From an uncultured Patescibacteria group bacterium (GTDB lineage Bacteria > Patescibacteriota > Microgenomatia > UBA1400 > PJMF01): 64,000 bases of DNA. Below, in pieces: positions 48,418 to 58,151 of this stretch (position 1 is its first letter; every line of letters begins with the position of its first letter). The notes under the pieces were generated by a model. The model worked only from the letters and a program-made list of their open reading frames with translations. It searched no databases and was not told the origin of the DNA. The position numbers and the translations under genes were made by a program. Location: the NCBI GenBank assembly GCA_905478415.1, contig CAJQIG010000004.1:11523-75522 (forward strand), read 5' to 3'.

Positions 48418-51015
48418 TCATCTGACTACTTTCCTGTCTTCGACAAAAAAATGATTGTATATATACTTTATCATTTCGATGATAAAAGTCACTCCTAACG
48501 AAAAGGCTCCAATAATCTGCCAATGTACAAGTCCTAATGGAGCAAAATTAAAGAACGACTGTAGCGGGTCAAAGTAGATAGGAATAATGGTGGCCGCAAA
48601 TGAAACCACTACAGCTAAAAGTAGCCATGGATTCCTTGCTAATGATTCTTCCCATATATTCTTTGTAATCGTTCGACACGAAAAAACATACACTAATGAA
48701 TCAATTGCAAGCAATGCAAAACTGAGTGTCCGAGCTACTTCTAGTCCGAACCGAGGTAAGCTCCAAGTATAGACCAGTAATGTTGAGATTCCTGTAACAA
48801 AGGAAATCACTCCAATCAGTAAAAGCAACTCACCAGTGAGTATTTTTTCATGCGCTCTGATTGGTTTCTCTTGTAAGAGACCGTCATCCTTTGGATCAAT
48901 CGTCAATGCCAGATTAGGAAAAACATCGTTTACTATATTAATCCATAGAATCTGAGCTGCCGTAATGGCTAAAGGCAATCCTAAGAATAAACTGCCCATC
49001 ACTAAAATAACCTCGCTAAAAGTATCACTCAATAGAAAAAGTAAAATTTTACGTAAGTTGGCAAAAATTCCTCTACCTTCTTCAACAGCCGATAAGATGG
49101 TTGAAAAATTTGAATCAAGCAACACAATATCTGCTGATTCTCGAGCAATGTCACTTGCATCTCCAACCACCAATCCAATCTCTGCGGCTGCAATTGCAGG
49201 CGCATCATTAACCCCATCTCCCATCATGGCCACAACTTCCTTCTTTTTTTGGAGTGCACGAACAATGCGAAGTTTTTGCGACGGTTTTGTCCGAGCAAAA
49301 AGCTGAACTGATGAAACCATAGCTTCCAGTTTCTCGTCACTCATTTTTTCAAGCTCAATGCCATCAATTATTTGAGAATCGTGTACCTTAATACCAATCT
49401 CCTCCATAACTGCCTTGGCTGTTTCTCTATAGTCACCAGTAATAACTGTCACAGCAATACCTGCAGCTCGAGCGCGCTCAAATGCTTTCTTGACACCCTT
49501 CCTAACCGGATCCGTAAAACCAAACAAGCCAACCCACTTAACCGAAACTCGAGCTTTGTTAGCGCCTTTGAGAGCTACAAAAAGACGTTTTGCTTCCGAC
49601 ACACTAGTACACTTTCGATACCCCATCCCAATCACTCGTTTACCACCTTGCGCCCAAGTTTTTACCTGAGCTTGAACTTTGTGAGCAGATGAACTCGATA
49701 CTGTTGAGTATCCCAACACTGTCTCAGGAGCTCCAACAATAAAGATTTCATTTTTAGCTCTAACTGCCAAAAAACGACGCTCACTCGAAAACGGGATCCG
49801 TTCATCAATTTTTACAGACTCTTGGAGCATTTCTGGACTCACCCCCTTCTGTTGACCATTTGAGTATTCTTGTGCCCATTTCCAACGAGCAAACTCGAGT
49901 GGATCTCGCAATTCATTCGCAATCACGGCTGTTCGATACGCTAGATTTGTATCTGTAAATGAAGTATCCGTTACTTTTAGCTTTCCTTCAGTTAGAGTGC
50001 CTGTCTTATCAACACACACTCGAGTCACTGTTCCCAGTGTCTCTGTGGCTACCAAGTTCCTCACTAGGGCTTTCTTCTTAAGAATTCGATTCATACCAAT
50101 AGCCAAAATAGCAGTTAAAGCCACTACTAGTCCCTCCGGAATAGCCGAGACTGCCAAAGCAACAGAGATAATTAACATCTCGGAAAAACTTTGACCAGTT
50201 ACTACTCCAAAGAAAAAGGTAATTCCAGCCAAAATAACAACTACAATAGTAATTAATTGAGCCAAATAGTTGAGCCGCTTTTCAAGAGGAGTTTCTTTAT
50301 GCGTTTGTTCATCAATAGTAATAGCAATATGTCCCATCTCGGTATCCATACCAACGGCTGTTACCACCATCTTAGCCACACCCGTAACCATTGTTGTGCC
50401 CAAGTAGGCAGTTACTGTTCTTTGCGACTTGGCCACTTTCTTAAGCTGCACTGCTACTTCACTAAAGGTACCATAGGATACTTTCTGAGAAAGCACTTCT
50501 TTTGAAACGGGAATACTTTCACCCGTGAGCACTGCTTCATTGACAATACTATCTGACGCCTCCAAAAACACCCCATCAGCAGGAATCTTATCACCCTCAT
50601 AGAGTAGAACCACATCACCAACAACAATTTCTTCTGCAGGAATTCTTAATCGGTCACCATCTCGAATAACCCAAGCTTCCTCGGTAATAACATCCTTTAA
50701 AGCTTGCATTGATTTAAAAGCTTTACGTTCCTGATAAAACCCAAGCAAAGCATTTACCAAAACAGCAAATGAAATCACCATTGTATCAACACTATCCCCA
50801 AGCACTGCGGTAATAATAGCTGCCACCAAAAGTACTAAAACTAGAGGACTTTTAAATTGAGCTACAAAAAATTGAATATCAGAAGGAATTGGCTTACTAG
50901 CAATGGTATTTTTTTGACCATGTTTCTGGGCCCTAATTACCTGCTGTTGAGTCAGACCAACAAGTAAATATGCTTCGACAATTTTTTTAAACGAAGACTG
51001 GGCAGCTTGTGACAT
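48418..51015 (-). CDS. P-type (type II, Ca/Mg-like) cation-transporting ATPase
   Basis: TGES, IPEGL, DKTGT, TGD, GDGVNDAPA. Confidence 0.95.
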   Translation of the reverse strand: MSQAAQSSFKKIVEAYLLVGLTQQQVIRAQKHGQKNTIASKPIPSDIQFFVAQFKSPLVLVLLVAAIITAVLGDSVDTMVISFAVLVNALLGFYQERKAFKSMQALKDVITEEAWVIRDGDRLRIPAEEIVVGDVVLLYEGDKIPADGVFLEASDSIVNEAVLTGESIPVSKEVLSQKVSYGTFSEVAVQLKKVAKSQRTVTAYLGTTMVTGVAKMVVTAVGMDTEMGHIAITIDEQTHKETPLEKRLNYLAQLITIVVVILAGITFFFGVVTGQSFSEMLIISVALAVSAIPEGLVVALTAILAIGMNRILKKKALVRNLVATETLGTVTRVCVDKTGTLTEGKLKVTDTSFTDTNLAYRTAVIANELRDPLEFARWKWAQEYSNGQQKGVSPEMLQESVKIDERIPFSSERRFLAVRAKNEIFIVGAPETVLGYSTVSSSSAHKVQAQVKTWAQGGKRVIGMGYRKCTSVSEAKRLFVALKGANKARVSVKWVGLFGFTDPVRKGVKKAFERARAAGIAVTVITGDYRETAKAVMEEIGIKVHDSQIIDGIELEKMSDEKLEAMVSSVQLFARTKPSQKLRIVRALQKKKEVVAMMGDGVNDAPAIAAAEIGLVVGDASDIARESADIVLLDSNFSTILSAVEEGRGIFANLRKILLFLLSDTFSEVILVMGSLFLGLPLAITAAQILWINIVNDVFPNLALTIDPKDDGLLQEKPIRAHEKILTGELLLLIGVISFVTGISTLLVYTWSLPRFGLEVARTLSFALLAIDSLVYVFSCRTITKNIWEESLARNPWLLLAVVVSFAATIIPIYFDPLQSFFNFAPLGLVHWQIIGAFSLGVTFIIEMIKYIYNHFFVEDRKVVR

Positions 51016-51033
51016 ACTAAAAACTTTATACTA

Positions 51034-51924
51034 TTACCTCATACCAGCAGTAAACTGAGAGACATCATACTGTTGAACTTCCTGAGTGAGCTCTGTTGGA
51101 ATATCTTTTCTAACCGCATCCCGAGACATAAAGGGCACTGAGTGAGGATCTTGAAAAATAATGCCCGTAGCAATCTTTTCATCGACATCTTCAGCGGCAG
51201 CGAGTGCTGCTGCTCGATCACTCGGATCATACCCTTCAGTCGCAACATTATAGACTCGTTGTTGATACCACTCGTGCGGTGTTGTCTTGTTATATGAAGG
51301 ACAATTTTGAAGTACCTCAACAAAACTAAAGCCCGGATGCTTCATAGCAGCTTGAAATATAGTATTCATTCCCCTGATGTCACCAGAAAAAACTCGTGCT
51401 GAAAAACTTACACCCAGTGATAACACAAAACGTTGTGCATGCACCGGGTCCGAAGTCACTCCATCTGGAGAAGAGTTCATCGGAATATCTTTTCTGGTCG
51501 TAGCCGAAGCCTGCCCCTTTGTTAAACCATAGTTTTCATTATTGTGACAAATAAAAGTTATATTAAAGTTAGCACGGACCGCGTGAGCTAGGTGATTAAT
51601 ACCTTCACCGAAGGTTGCCCCATCTCCAGCCTCCATCACTACCGTAAGATTTTTATTTGCACAAGCTATGCCAGCAGCAAGCGGAATCACCCGACCATGA
51701 AGTCCATGAAATCGGTATCCACCAATCTTATCAGAACCATTACCATTACACCCAATATCGTAACAAAGCATAGCCTGGTGTGGAGTAACGCCTAAGGCCA
51801 CTAATGCTTGTTTGAGAGCAACTTGAATACCGAAGTTTCCACAGCCAGGACACCAAGTCAGAGCATTTGGTGAAGCATAGTCTGCCAAAGTTGTCGTTTT
51901 TGTAGAGCAAGTAGTACATGACAT
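51034..51924 (-). CDS. 2-oxoacid:ferredoxin oxidoreductase beta subunit
   Basis: WCPGCG, IGC, LHGR, GDG, NENYGLTKGQAS, QNCP. Confidence 0.95.
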   Translation of the reverse strand: MSCTTCSTKTTTLADYASPNALTWCPGCGNFGIQVALKQALVALGVTPHQAMLCYDIGCNGNGSDKIGGYRFHGLHGRVIPLAAGIACANKNLTVVMEAGDGATFGEGINHLAHAVRANFNITFICHNNENYGLTKGQASATTRKDIPMNSSPDGVTSDPVHAQRFVLSLGVSFSARVFSGDIRGMNTIFQAAMKHPGFSFVEVLQNCPSYNKTTPHEWYQQRVYNVATEGYDPSDRAAALAAAEDVDEKIATGIIFQDPHSVPFMSRDAVRKDIPTELTQEVQQYDVSQFTAGMR

Positions 51925-51926
51925 AT

Positions 51927-53678
51927 CTAATTCTCTTCCCGTTGTATTTCTGAAAGTATCTCGTTAACGAAGAATGGTCTGCCCTCGTTTTTAAGTACGA
52001 TATGATCTGGCGTAAAACCAGATTCCATACGGACAAGTTTGGCCAGCTGACCAGTTCCATTATTCTCCACAAAAACAACTTTTTGAGCTGTCTGAGCGAG
52101 CGCCTCCAAACGTTCAGTCTTGAGTGGAAACAGGTATTCGTAATGGAGATACGAGCATTTTTTAGAACCACCAGTTTGTTGATACAGTTGTATGGCATCA
52201 AGAACGGTAAGCTTCACACTTCCCCAACCAACATATAAAACATCACAGGCTTCTTCACCAAAAAGTTCTGGTTCTGGTAGCGCTGCAGCGATAGTATCGT
52301 GCTTTCGCATTCGTCGCTCAAAAATTTCTTTAGATGGTCCAGAATCCTCAGTCAAAGAACCATCACCCAAATGTTCATCACTATTAGCATCAAAAGTAGG
52401 AGCACACTGTCCTGGCAACCAACGTGGGGTCACACCAGATTCAGTATTCTTATACCGATCCATGTTTGAAAGTGAACCAAGTTCGCTTTCAGGTACTAGT
52501 CCACGAGAAATCTCTATTGAAGCCGGAAGATCTTTAAGATGAAAGTGGGACTCGGCAATCTGCTTTTCAGTTAACAAAATAACTGGAATTTGATATTCTT
52601 CCGAGAGATTAAGTGCTACCTGAGTTAAGGTAAAACAAGAACTTGGATCACTTGCAGCCAAAACCACCTTTGGATACTCACCATGACCAGAGAAAACTGC
52701 AAGTAATAAATCAGCAGCATTTGTCCAAGTAGGCAAACCGGTTGCTGGACCTGGACGTTGAGCAACTACACAAACAAATGGTGTTTCAGTCATACCAGCT
52801 AGAGAAACCGTTTCAGTCATCAAGTCAAAGCCACCGCCAGACGTTCCACACATGGCTCGAGTGCCTGCAAACGAAGAACCAACGGTCATCTGGGCAACCG
52901 AAATTTCATCTTCAATTTGCTTAACCAGCATTCCAGTTTGGTGAGAAATACTCGCCAAGTAACTCAAAATAGAACTTGAAGGTGTCATTGGATAGGCATA
53001 GTAAGCCCTAACACCACCCGCTACAGCACCGAGGGCTATGGCTTGATTTCCTCCGATAATAATGTCATCAACTAAATCTGAGTTTAAAGTAAAAGGTAAC
53101 TCAACTGGGATAAGACCAGCATCCTCAAATGCTTTACCAGCTTCGATCATGGCAATATTTGGTTCGATAACATCAGGTTTTTTCTCAAACTGTTTTCGGA
53201 CTACTTGTAGTAGTGGCTCTGAAGGAAGACCTAAAAGCTTCCACAGTACTCCCAATAAAAATGTATTGGCCATCAAAGGGTGTCCACCCGCTTCTTTTAC
53301 CAATTGTTGTGCAGGGACAAAAATCAAGGAAATATTTTTTTCGGTCAAAATTGCTTGTTGTTGCTCACTCACTTGCAATCCAATAACAGAGTGAATAACA
53401 GTACCGTTAGGTGCTACAGAGGGCAAATAAGCGGTGAAAGCACTGACACTCAGAACCAAAAGAATGTCACAGTGTTCTGCTGCCGAGTTGAGCAGCTGAT
53501 CAGAAAAATCAACTTGAAATGATGCGAATCCTCCCTTTATAAGAGATGGATATTCTCGATAGCCAAAACTGTAGAGACCAGACTCTTTGAGGGACTTGGA
53601 AATAGTATCCCCAACGGAATTAATACCCTGTCCAGATGCACCGGACACTTTAACGACAAATCGATTGTGAATATGCAT
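51927..53678 (-). CDS. 2-oxoacid:ferredoxin oxidoreductase alpha subunit (gamma-alpha fusion)
   Basis: GASGQG, YPSLIKGG, YPMTPSS, EDEI, TSGGGF, QRPGPATGLPT. Confidence 0.95.
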   Translation of the reverse strand: MHIHNRFVVKVSGASGQGINSVGDTISKSLKESGLYSFGYREYPSLIKGGFASFQVDFSDQLLNSAAEHCDILLVLSVSAFTAYLPSVAPNGTVIHSVIGLQVSEQQQAILTEKNISLIFVPAQQLVKEAGGHPLMANTFLLGVLWKLLGLPSEPLLQVVRKQFEKKPDVIEPNIAMIEAGKAFEDAGLIPVELPFTLNSDLVDDIIIGGNQAIALGAVAGGVRAYYAYPMTPSSSILSYLASISHQTGMLVKQIEDEISVAQMTVGSSFAGTRAMCGTSGGGFDLMTETVSLAGMTETPFVCVVAQRPGPATGLPTWTNAADLLLAVFSGHGEYPKVVLAASDPSSCFTLTQVALNLSEEYQIPVILLTEKQIAESHFHLKDLPASIEISRGLVPESELGSLSNMDRYKNTESGVTPRWLPGQCAPTFDANSDEHLGDGSLTEDSGPSKEIFERRMRKHDTIAAALPEPELFGEEACDVLYVGWGSVKLTVLDAIQLYQQTGGSKKCSYLHYEYLFPLKTERLEALAQTAQKVVFVENNGTGQLAKLVRMESGFTPDHIVLKNEGRPFFVNEILSEIQREEN

Positions 53679-53714
53679 GTCTACACTGTATCAAAAAAAT
53701 CTGATATATGAAAA

Positions 53715-55874
53715 CTAAAATTCTGAGAGAATAACCTTACCATCAACAGCATACGCTTCATCTTTGGTAACAATCACTGGATTAATCTCTATTTCAGCAA
53801 AGAAAGGTAGCTTCGTAACCAAATCGGTGAGTTGAGCCATCAGGTGATACAAACGTTCAAGAGCTAATGATTGCCCACCTCGATACCCCGTTAACAGCGC
53901 ATACGCTTTTGACTCCTCGACCAACTTTTTAATATCTCTAGCAGTTACTGGTAACACATGGATGTTATGATCAGAAATGAGCTCAACCAAAGTGCCGCCA
54001 GCTCCAAACATCAGCACATTCCCAAACTGTGGAGTTCGTTTAATACCGACAATAACTTCGACCCCATTCTCAATTTGAGACTGCATCTGCAGTTGAGTTG
54101 TTTTCCTAATACCCACTGGCAAATCAGTCATCCGTCCAATCAGTTGTTGTGAAGCAGCCTCAAGTTGTTTCTTACCCCTAATACCAGTGATTACACCACT
54201 GACTTCTGTCTTGTGAAGTAACTCAGGAGCACTGAGTTTTAAAACCACAGGGTACCCATGAATCCCAGCGAATCGTTTTGCTTGCTCCAGGTTAGCAACT
54301 ACCGTACTTGGAGGAGTCGCAATATCCCAATCGTCAAACAGCTCCTGAATTTTACTGCTTTCTAGATACCGTTCTCCTGCAACTAATCTACTTCGAATGT
54401 ATTCAAGGTGATGATGCTGAGCTGAGGGCACAACGGGGGCTACTTCAAGCGGTGTCTGTTTCTTGGCTGCCTCTTTCTGCCACTCTTTCCACCACCACAT
54501 TTTTCCAAGTGCACCGATTGCTCTTTCTGGATAGCTGAAAAAAGGAATTTTGTATTTGCTTAAAACTTTCTCACCACTACTAATTAATTGGCCTCCCATA
54601 AAGGAGCAAAAAATTGGTTTTCGATACTTTTGAGAAAGTCTGCCAATTACTAACGCTGTCTTTTCAATCTCGGTCATAACTTGGGGAGTTAAAATAACCA
54701 TAATTGCATCAACTTTATCTTCCTCTAAAAGCAACCTCAAAGCTTTTTCGTATCGATCAGAAAGTGCATCACCCAACACATCAACTGGATTCACGATACT
54801 TGCAGCCCGCGGTAAATGGCGAGTAAGTAGCTCTTTCGTTTCTTTTGAAAGCGGTGCCATTTCAAGTCCTGCTTCTATAACTGCATCACTACTCACCACC
54901 GCTGGTCCACCTGCATTTGATAAAATAGCAATCCGCTTGCCTTCAGGAGCATCACTCCAAGAGAAAGCTTTGGCTAAATCAAACATGTCTTCGATAGTGT
55001 GACAACGAATAACTCCTGCTTGTGTAAATGCTTGAGAGAGCACAACATCATCACCAGCAATCGCTCCGGTATGAGACTGCATGGCTTTTTGAGCAGCACT
55101 CGATTTTCCTGGTTTTAAAATGAATAGTGGATTATTCTTGGCCACTTGTGTAGCAAGTTCAATAAACCTGGATCCATCAGTAAGTGACTCCAAATACATT
55201 CCAATGGGATGATATGAAGAACTATCTAGCCTCTGTGCATCCCGAACCTTTTCTGCTGGATTTTCGAGCCAATACTCCAAAAAATCATTTTCTGTGAGTA
55301 CCGCTTTATTACCAAGGGTAATAAAATCTAGAAACCCAAGCTCATGATGCTCCGCCCAATCAAAAATACTTGTGGCGATCGCTCCAGACTGAGAAATAAA
55401 GTGCATTCGTCCAGCCCGTGAAATACCCTGTCCAAAAGTTGCGTTCAACTTTTTAGGTGTGTACACATGTCCTAAGCAATTTGGTCCTAAAATACTCAGA
55501 CCAAATTCTTTGGCTACAGCCACTAGCTCTGCCTCAAGAAGAGCACCTTCTCGACCAGTTTCTTTAAATCCAGCTGAAATAATAACTACGGCTTTCGTAC
55601 CTTTCTGTCCAATTTCTCTGACGACATCAAGCACAAACTGGGCTGGAATAGCGATAATTGCTAAATCTGGAATTTGAGGAATCTGAGCATAGTGTGAATA
55701 CACTGGCAACCCAGCAATGGTAGTTTCATGTCCATTAACTGGATAGACAACACCCTTATACCCACCTTCAATAATGTTTTTTAGTAAAATAGCTCCAAGC
55801 TTGTGAGAATTGCTGGATGCCCCAACGACTGCAATGGAACGTGGTGCTAGTAGTTTGTTGATTTCTGTATTCAT
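53715..55874 (-). CDS. ADP-forming acetate-CoA ligase (alpha-beta fusion)
   Basis: SIAVVGAS, GPNCLG, SQSGA, phospho-His SHTGA, NAGG, NPVDVLGDA, HKTE, EINP. Confidence 0.93.
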   Translation of the reverse strand: MNTEINKLLAPRSIAVVGASSNSHKLGAILLKNIIEGGYKGVVYPVNGHETTIAGLPVYSHYAQIPQIPDLAIIAIPAQFVLDVVREIGQKGTKAVVIISAGFKETGREGALLEAELVAVAKEFGLSILGPNCLGHVYTPKKLNATFGQGISRAGRMHFISQSGAIATSIFDWAEHHELGFLDFITLGNKAVLTENDFLEYWLENPAEKVRDAQRLDSSSYHPIGMYLESLTDGSRFIELATQVAKNNPLFILKPGKSSAAQKAMQSHTGAIAGDDVVLSQAFTQAGVIRCHTIEDMFDLAKAFSWSDAPEGKRIAILSNAGGPAVVSSDAVIEAGLEMAPLSKETKELLTRHLPRAASIVNPVDVLGDALSDRYEKALRLLLEEDKVDAIMVILTPQVMTEIEKTALVIGRLSQKYRKPIFCSFMGGQLISSGEKVLSKYKIPFFSYPERAIGALGKMWWWKEWQKEAAKKQTPLEVAPVVPSAQHHHLEYIRSRLVAGERYLESSKIQELFDDWDIATPPSTVVANLEQAKRFAGIHGYPVVLKLSAPELLHKTEVSGVITGIRGKKQLEAASQQLIGRMTDLPVGIRKTTQLQMQSQIENGVEVIVGIKRTPQFGNVLMFGAGGTLVELISDHNIHVLPVTARDIKKLVEESKAYALLTGYRGGQSLALERLYHLMAQLTDLVTKLPFFAEIEINPVIVTKDEAYAVDGKVILSEF

Positions 55875-55966
55875 GGGCAGAATTAAAATGAGCTCCTCTA
55901 TACCTTTCAGTATAAAGGAGCCCAAGAGTAACTGTAAAGCTCAATAGCACTCAAAATTACTCATTT

Positions 55967-56398
55967 TTATTGTGCAGTTTGTACTAGTCCGATCATCATT
56001 GTCTCTAAAAATCCTTGGGCTTTCTCCGAGTGAGGACCAGAACCATTTGGTCGATCAAAAAATGCTTCAGTTACTTCAGTTCCACAATTTTGGGCAATGA
56101 CATCACCACCTGGGTGTTTTTGAGCAGTGACATACTCAGAAACATCGTACACGGAGTCATTAACAACCAACCAACAATCTTCAGCAGTTTTATGAGTGGA
56201 AACTTCTTCTAAAGAATAGCGAGCCATCATAGCTTCAGGCTGAGTTGCAGACTCTTCAGCCCCCATAGCCTCAACCTCAGTTGTTTGGGACTCTTCCATC
56301 ATGGCTTCATCTTGAGAAGTCTCTTGTTTTTCTCCTAAAGTGCATCCTGCTAAAACTATGCTGCATACACCAACTACAGCCAACTGTTTGATATTCAT
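55967..56398 (-). CDS. Cytochrome b5-like heme-binding lipoprotein
   Basis: Lipobox LAGC; EVSTH..DCWLVV..VYDV..HPGG..G.E.T.AF..HS. Confidence 0.88.
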   Translation of the reverse strand: MNIKQLAVVGVCSIVLAGCTLGEKQETSQDEAMMEESQTTEVEAMGAEESATQPEAMMARYSLEEVSTHKTAEDCWLVVNDSVYDVSEYVTAQKHPGGDVIAQNCGTEVTEAFFDRPNGSGPHSEKAQGFLETMMIGLVQTAQ

Positions 56399-56543
56399 AG
56401 GAACCTTTCTCCAAGAACAAATCTTGTATTTATACAATCAGGGTGCTGAAAGTGTAGCAGACTTTACATTATTGAACAATAAAACATGCCTAATAGGCTC
56501 CAGCTTGACAGCTATGCCCCTTTCCATTCAGAATGAAGATACT

Positions 56544-57461
56544 ATGAAAAACTCAAACAAGATTGCCATTATTGGTTGTGGAAATGTCGGTATGACAGCC
56601 GCCTACTCGATTTTACATAAAGGTAATGTTGACGAGCTGGTCCTCTTTGGCCGACATAAAGAAGCACTCATCGGAGAAAAACTTGACCTCGAACATGGCC
56701 TCAGTTTTTTATCTACAGCCAAGATTATTGCCTCGGACGACTATGCTGATTTGGCAGGTAGTGACGTTATTGTGTATACGGCTGGTGCAGCGCAAAAACC
56801 TGGGGAGACAAGACTTGACCTGACCAACAAGAATGTAGCTATTATAGAAAGCATCATCCCGCAAGTTGTCAAACATGCACCAGATGCAGTCGTCCTGGTT
56901 GTCGCCAACCCCGTTGATATCCTCACCTATAAAGCCTACTTAGCTGCTGGTTTACCAAAAGGTCGTATCTTTGGATCTGGTACGACTCTTGATACTGCCC
57001 GTTTTAGATTTCATTTATCAGAATTTATGAATGTCCATCCACGCAGTATTCATGCCTATGTACTTGGTGAACATGGTGACCACTCATTTCCATCACTTTC
57101 AAGTGCAAATATTGGCGGACAAAACCTCAAAGACTTTCCAAACTTTACTGAAGAGAAAGCTTTAAAAGCCTATCAAAAAGCTCGAGCTGCTGCTTATAAA
57201 ATCATTGAATCTAAGGGAGCAACCTACTACGCTATTGGTGCTGATATTTCCAGCATTGTCTCAACTATCCTCAAGGATAAGCGATCTGTCTTGGCTGTCT
57301 CAATCCCACTGCACAACTACTATGGACAAAGCGGCATTGCTTTAAGTGTGCCATGTATTGTCGGTAGAAATGGAGTCGAACATGTACTTAAAGCCAATCT
57401 TTCGAAACATGAGCAAAAACTACTCGAAAGAGCTGCTACTGCACTCAAAAGCTTTCTCTAA
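56544..57461 (+). CDS. ldh: L-lactate dehydrogenase
   Basis: GCGNVG, AGAAQKPGETRLDL (Gln specificity residue), NPVD, LDTAR, GEHGD; true start ATG 56544. Confidence 0.93.
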   Translation: MKNSNKIAIIGCGNVGMTAAYSILHKGNVDELVLFGRHKEALIGEKLDLEHGLSFLSTAKIIASDDYADLAGSDVIVYTAGAAQKPGETRLDLTNKNVAIIESIIPQVVKHAPDAVVLVVANPVDILTYKAYLAAGLPKGRIFGSGTTLDTARFRFHLSEFMNVHPRSIHAYVLGEHGDHSFPSLSSANIGGQNLKDFPNFTEEKALKAYQKARAAAYKIIESKGATYYAIGADISSIVSTILKDKRSVLAVSIPLHNYYGQSGIALSVPCIVGRNGVEHVLKANLSKHEQKLLERAATALKSFL

Positions 57462-57479
57462 TACAAAAATACAAAGAGA

Positions 57480-58067
57480 TTATTCAATCACAGGGATATC
57501 ACCATTCAAAAAATTTGATTGGATAAGTTCTTCACAATCCATCAGTAAATTATCTAGTGAACCAGTATTTTCTATTGTGTAATCAACCATTTCTAGGCAG
57601 GCCCCAACTTGCTGTCCATTCTCATCCTCACCGATGCCTTTTTCTCTTTGATTGGCACGGTAGAATGCTGCCTTGGTCATTCCGTCTTCACCTCGTTCTT
57701 GAGCTCGCTTAATGTATCGTTCGAGACGAACATACTGAGGAGCCACCACGCCTACAATAAAAGCTTGAGCGTGCTCACGCAGATACTCAATTTCTTCGGG
57801 ATTGCGAATACCGTCAATAATTACTAGCTTATCATCTTGAGCTGCCTCAAGCGTTTTTTGTGCTAAAACAGAACCAGAGTGTTGTTCCCTCAGCTGGTTA
57901 CCAACGTTCTGCAAGTTCACTCTCGTAATTTCAAGTCCTTTTTTTTCACATTCACGGCGAATAGCATCTGACAATTTATAATACTTAAAATCTCGATCAA
58001 TAAAATGTTCGGAAACAGTACTTTTTCCACTGGCAATGTACCCAACTAAACCAACAACTTGCTGCAT
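57480..58067 (-). CDS. P-loop nucleotide kinase (archaeal dephospho-CoA kinase / dNMP kinase-like)
   Basis: GYIASGKST, LSDAIR, IDGIRNPEE, IEN.GS. Confidence 0.8.
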   Translation of the reverse strand: MQQVVGLVGYIASGKSTVSEHFIDRDFKYYKLSDAIRRECEKKGLEITRVNLQNVGNQLREQHSGSVLAQKTLEAAQDDKLVIIDGIRNPEEIEYLREHAQAFIVGVVAPQYVRLERYIKRAQERGEDGMTKAAFYRANQREKGIGEDENGQQVGACLEMVDYTIENTGSLDNLLMDCEELIQSNFLNGDIPVIE

Positions 58068-58151
58068 ATAAAAAGCTTTCTAAGATCTCTTTTGATAGAG
58101 AGTGAGCAAGAATGTTTATACACGTTCTGAAGTGTGGTGAGTAGAGTGAAT

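Noticed and set aside
56340-56543. 68-aa N-terminal extension of LDH
   Set aside because: Overlaps the divergent b5 gene and promoter region; homology starts at ATG 56544.
56544-57461. Malate dehydrogenase (would suit oxaloacetate from ACL)
   Set aside because: Specificity loop is AQKPGETR (Gln, LDH type), not PRKPGM (Arg, MDH type).
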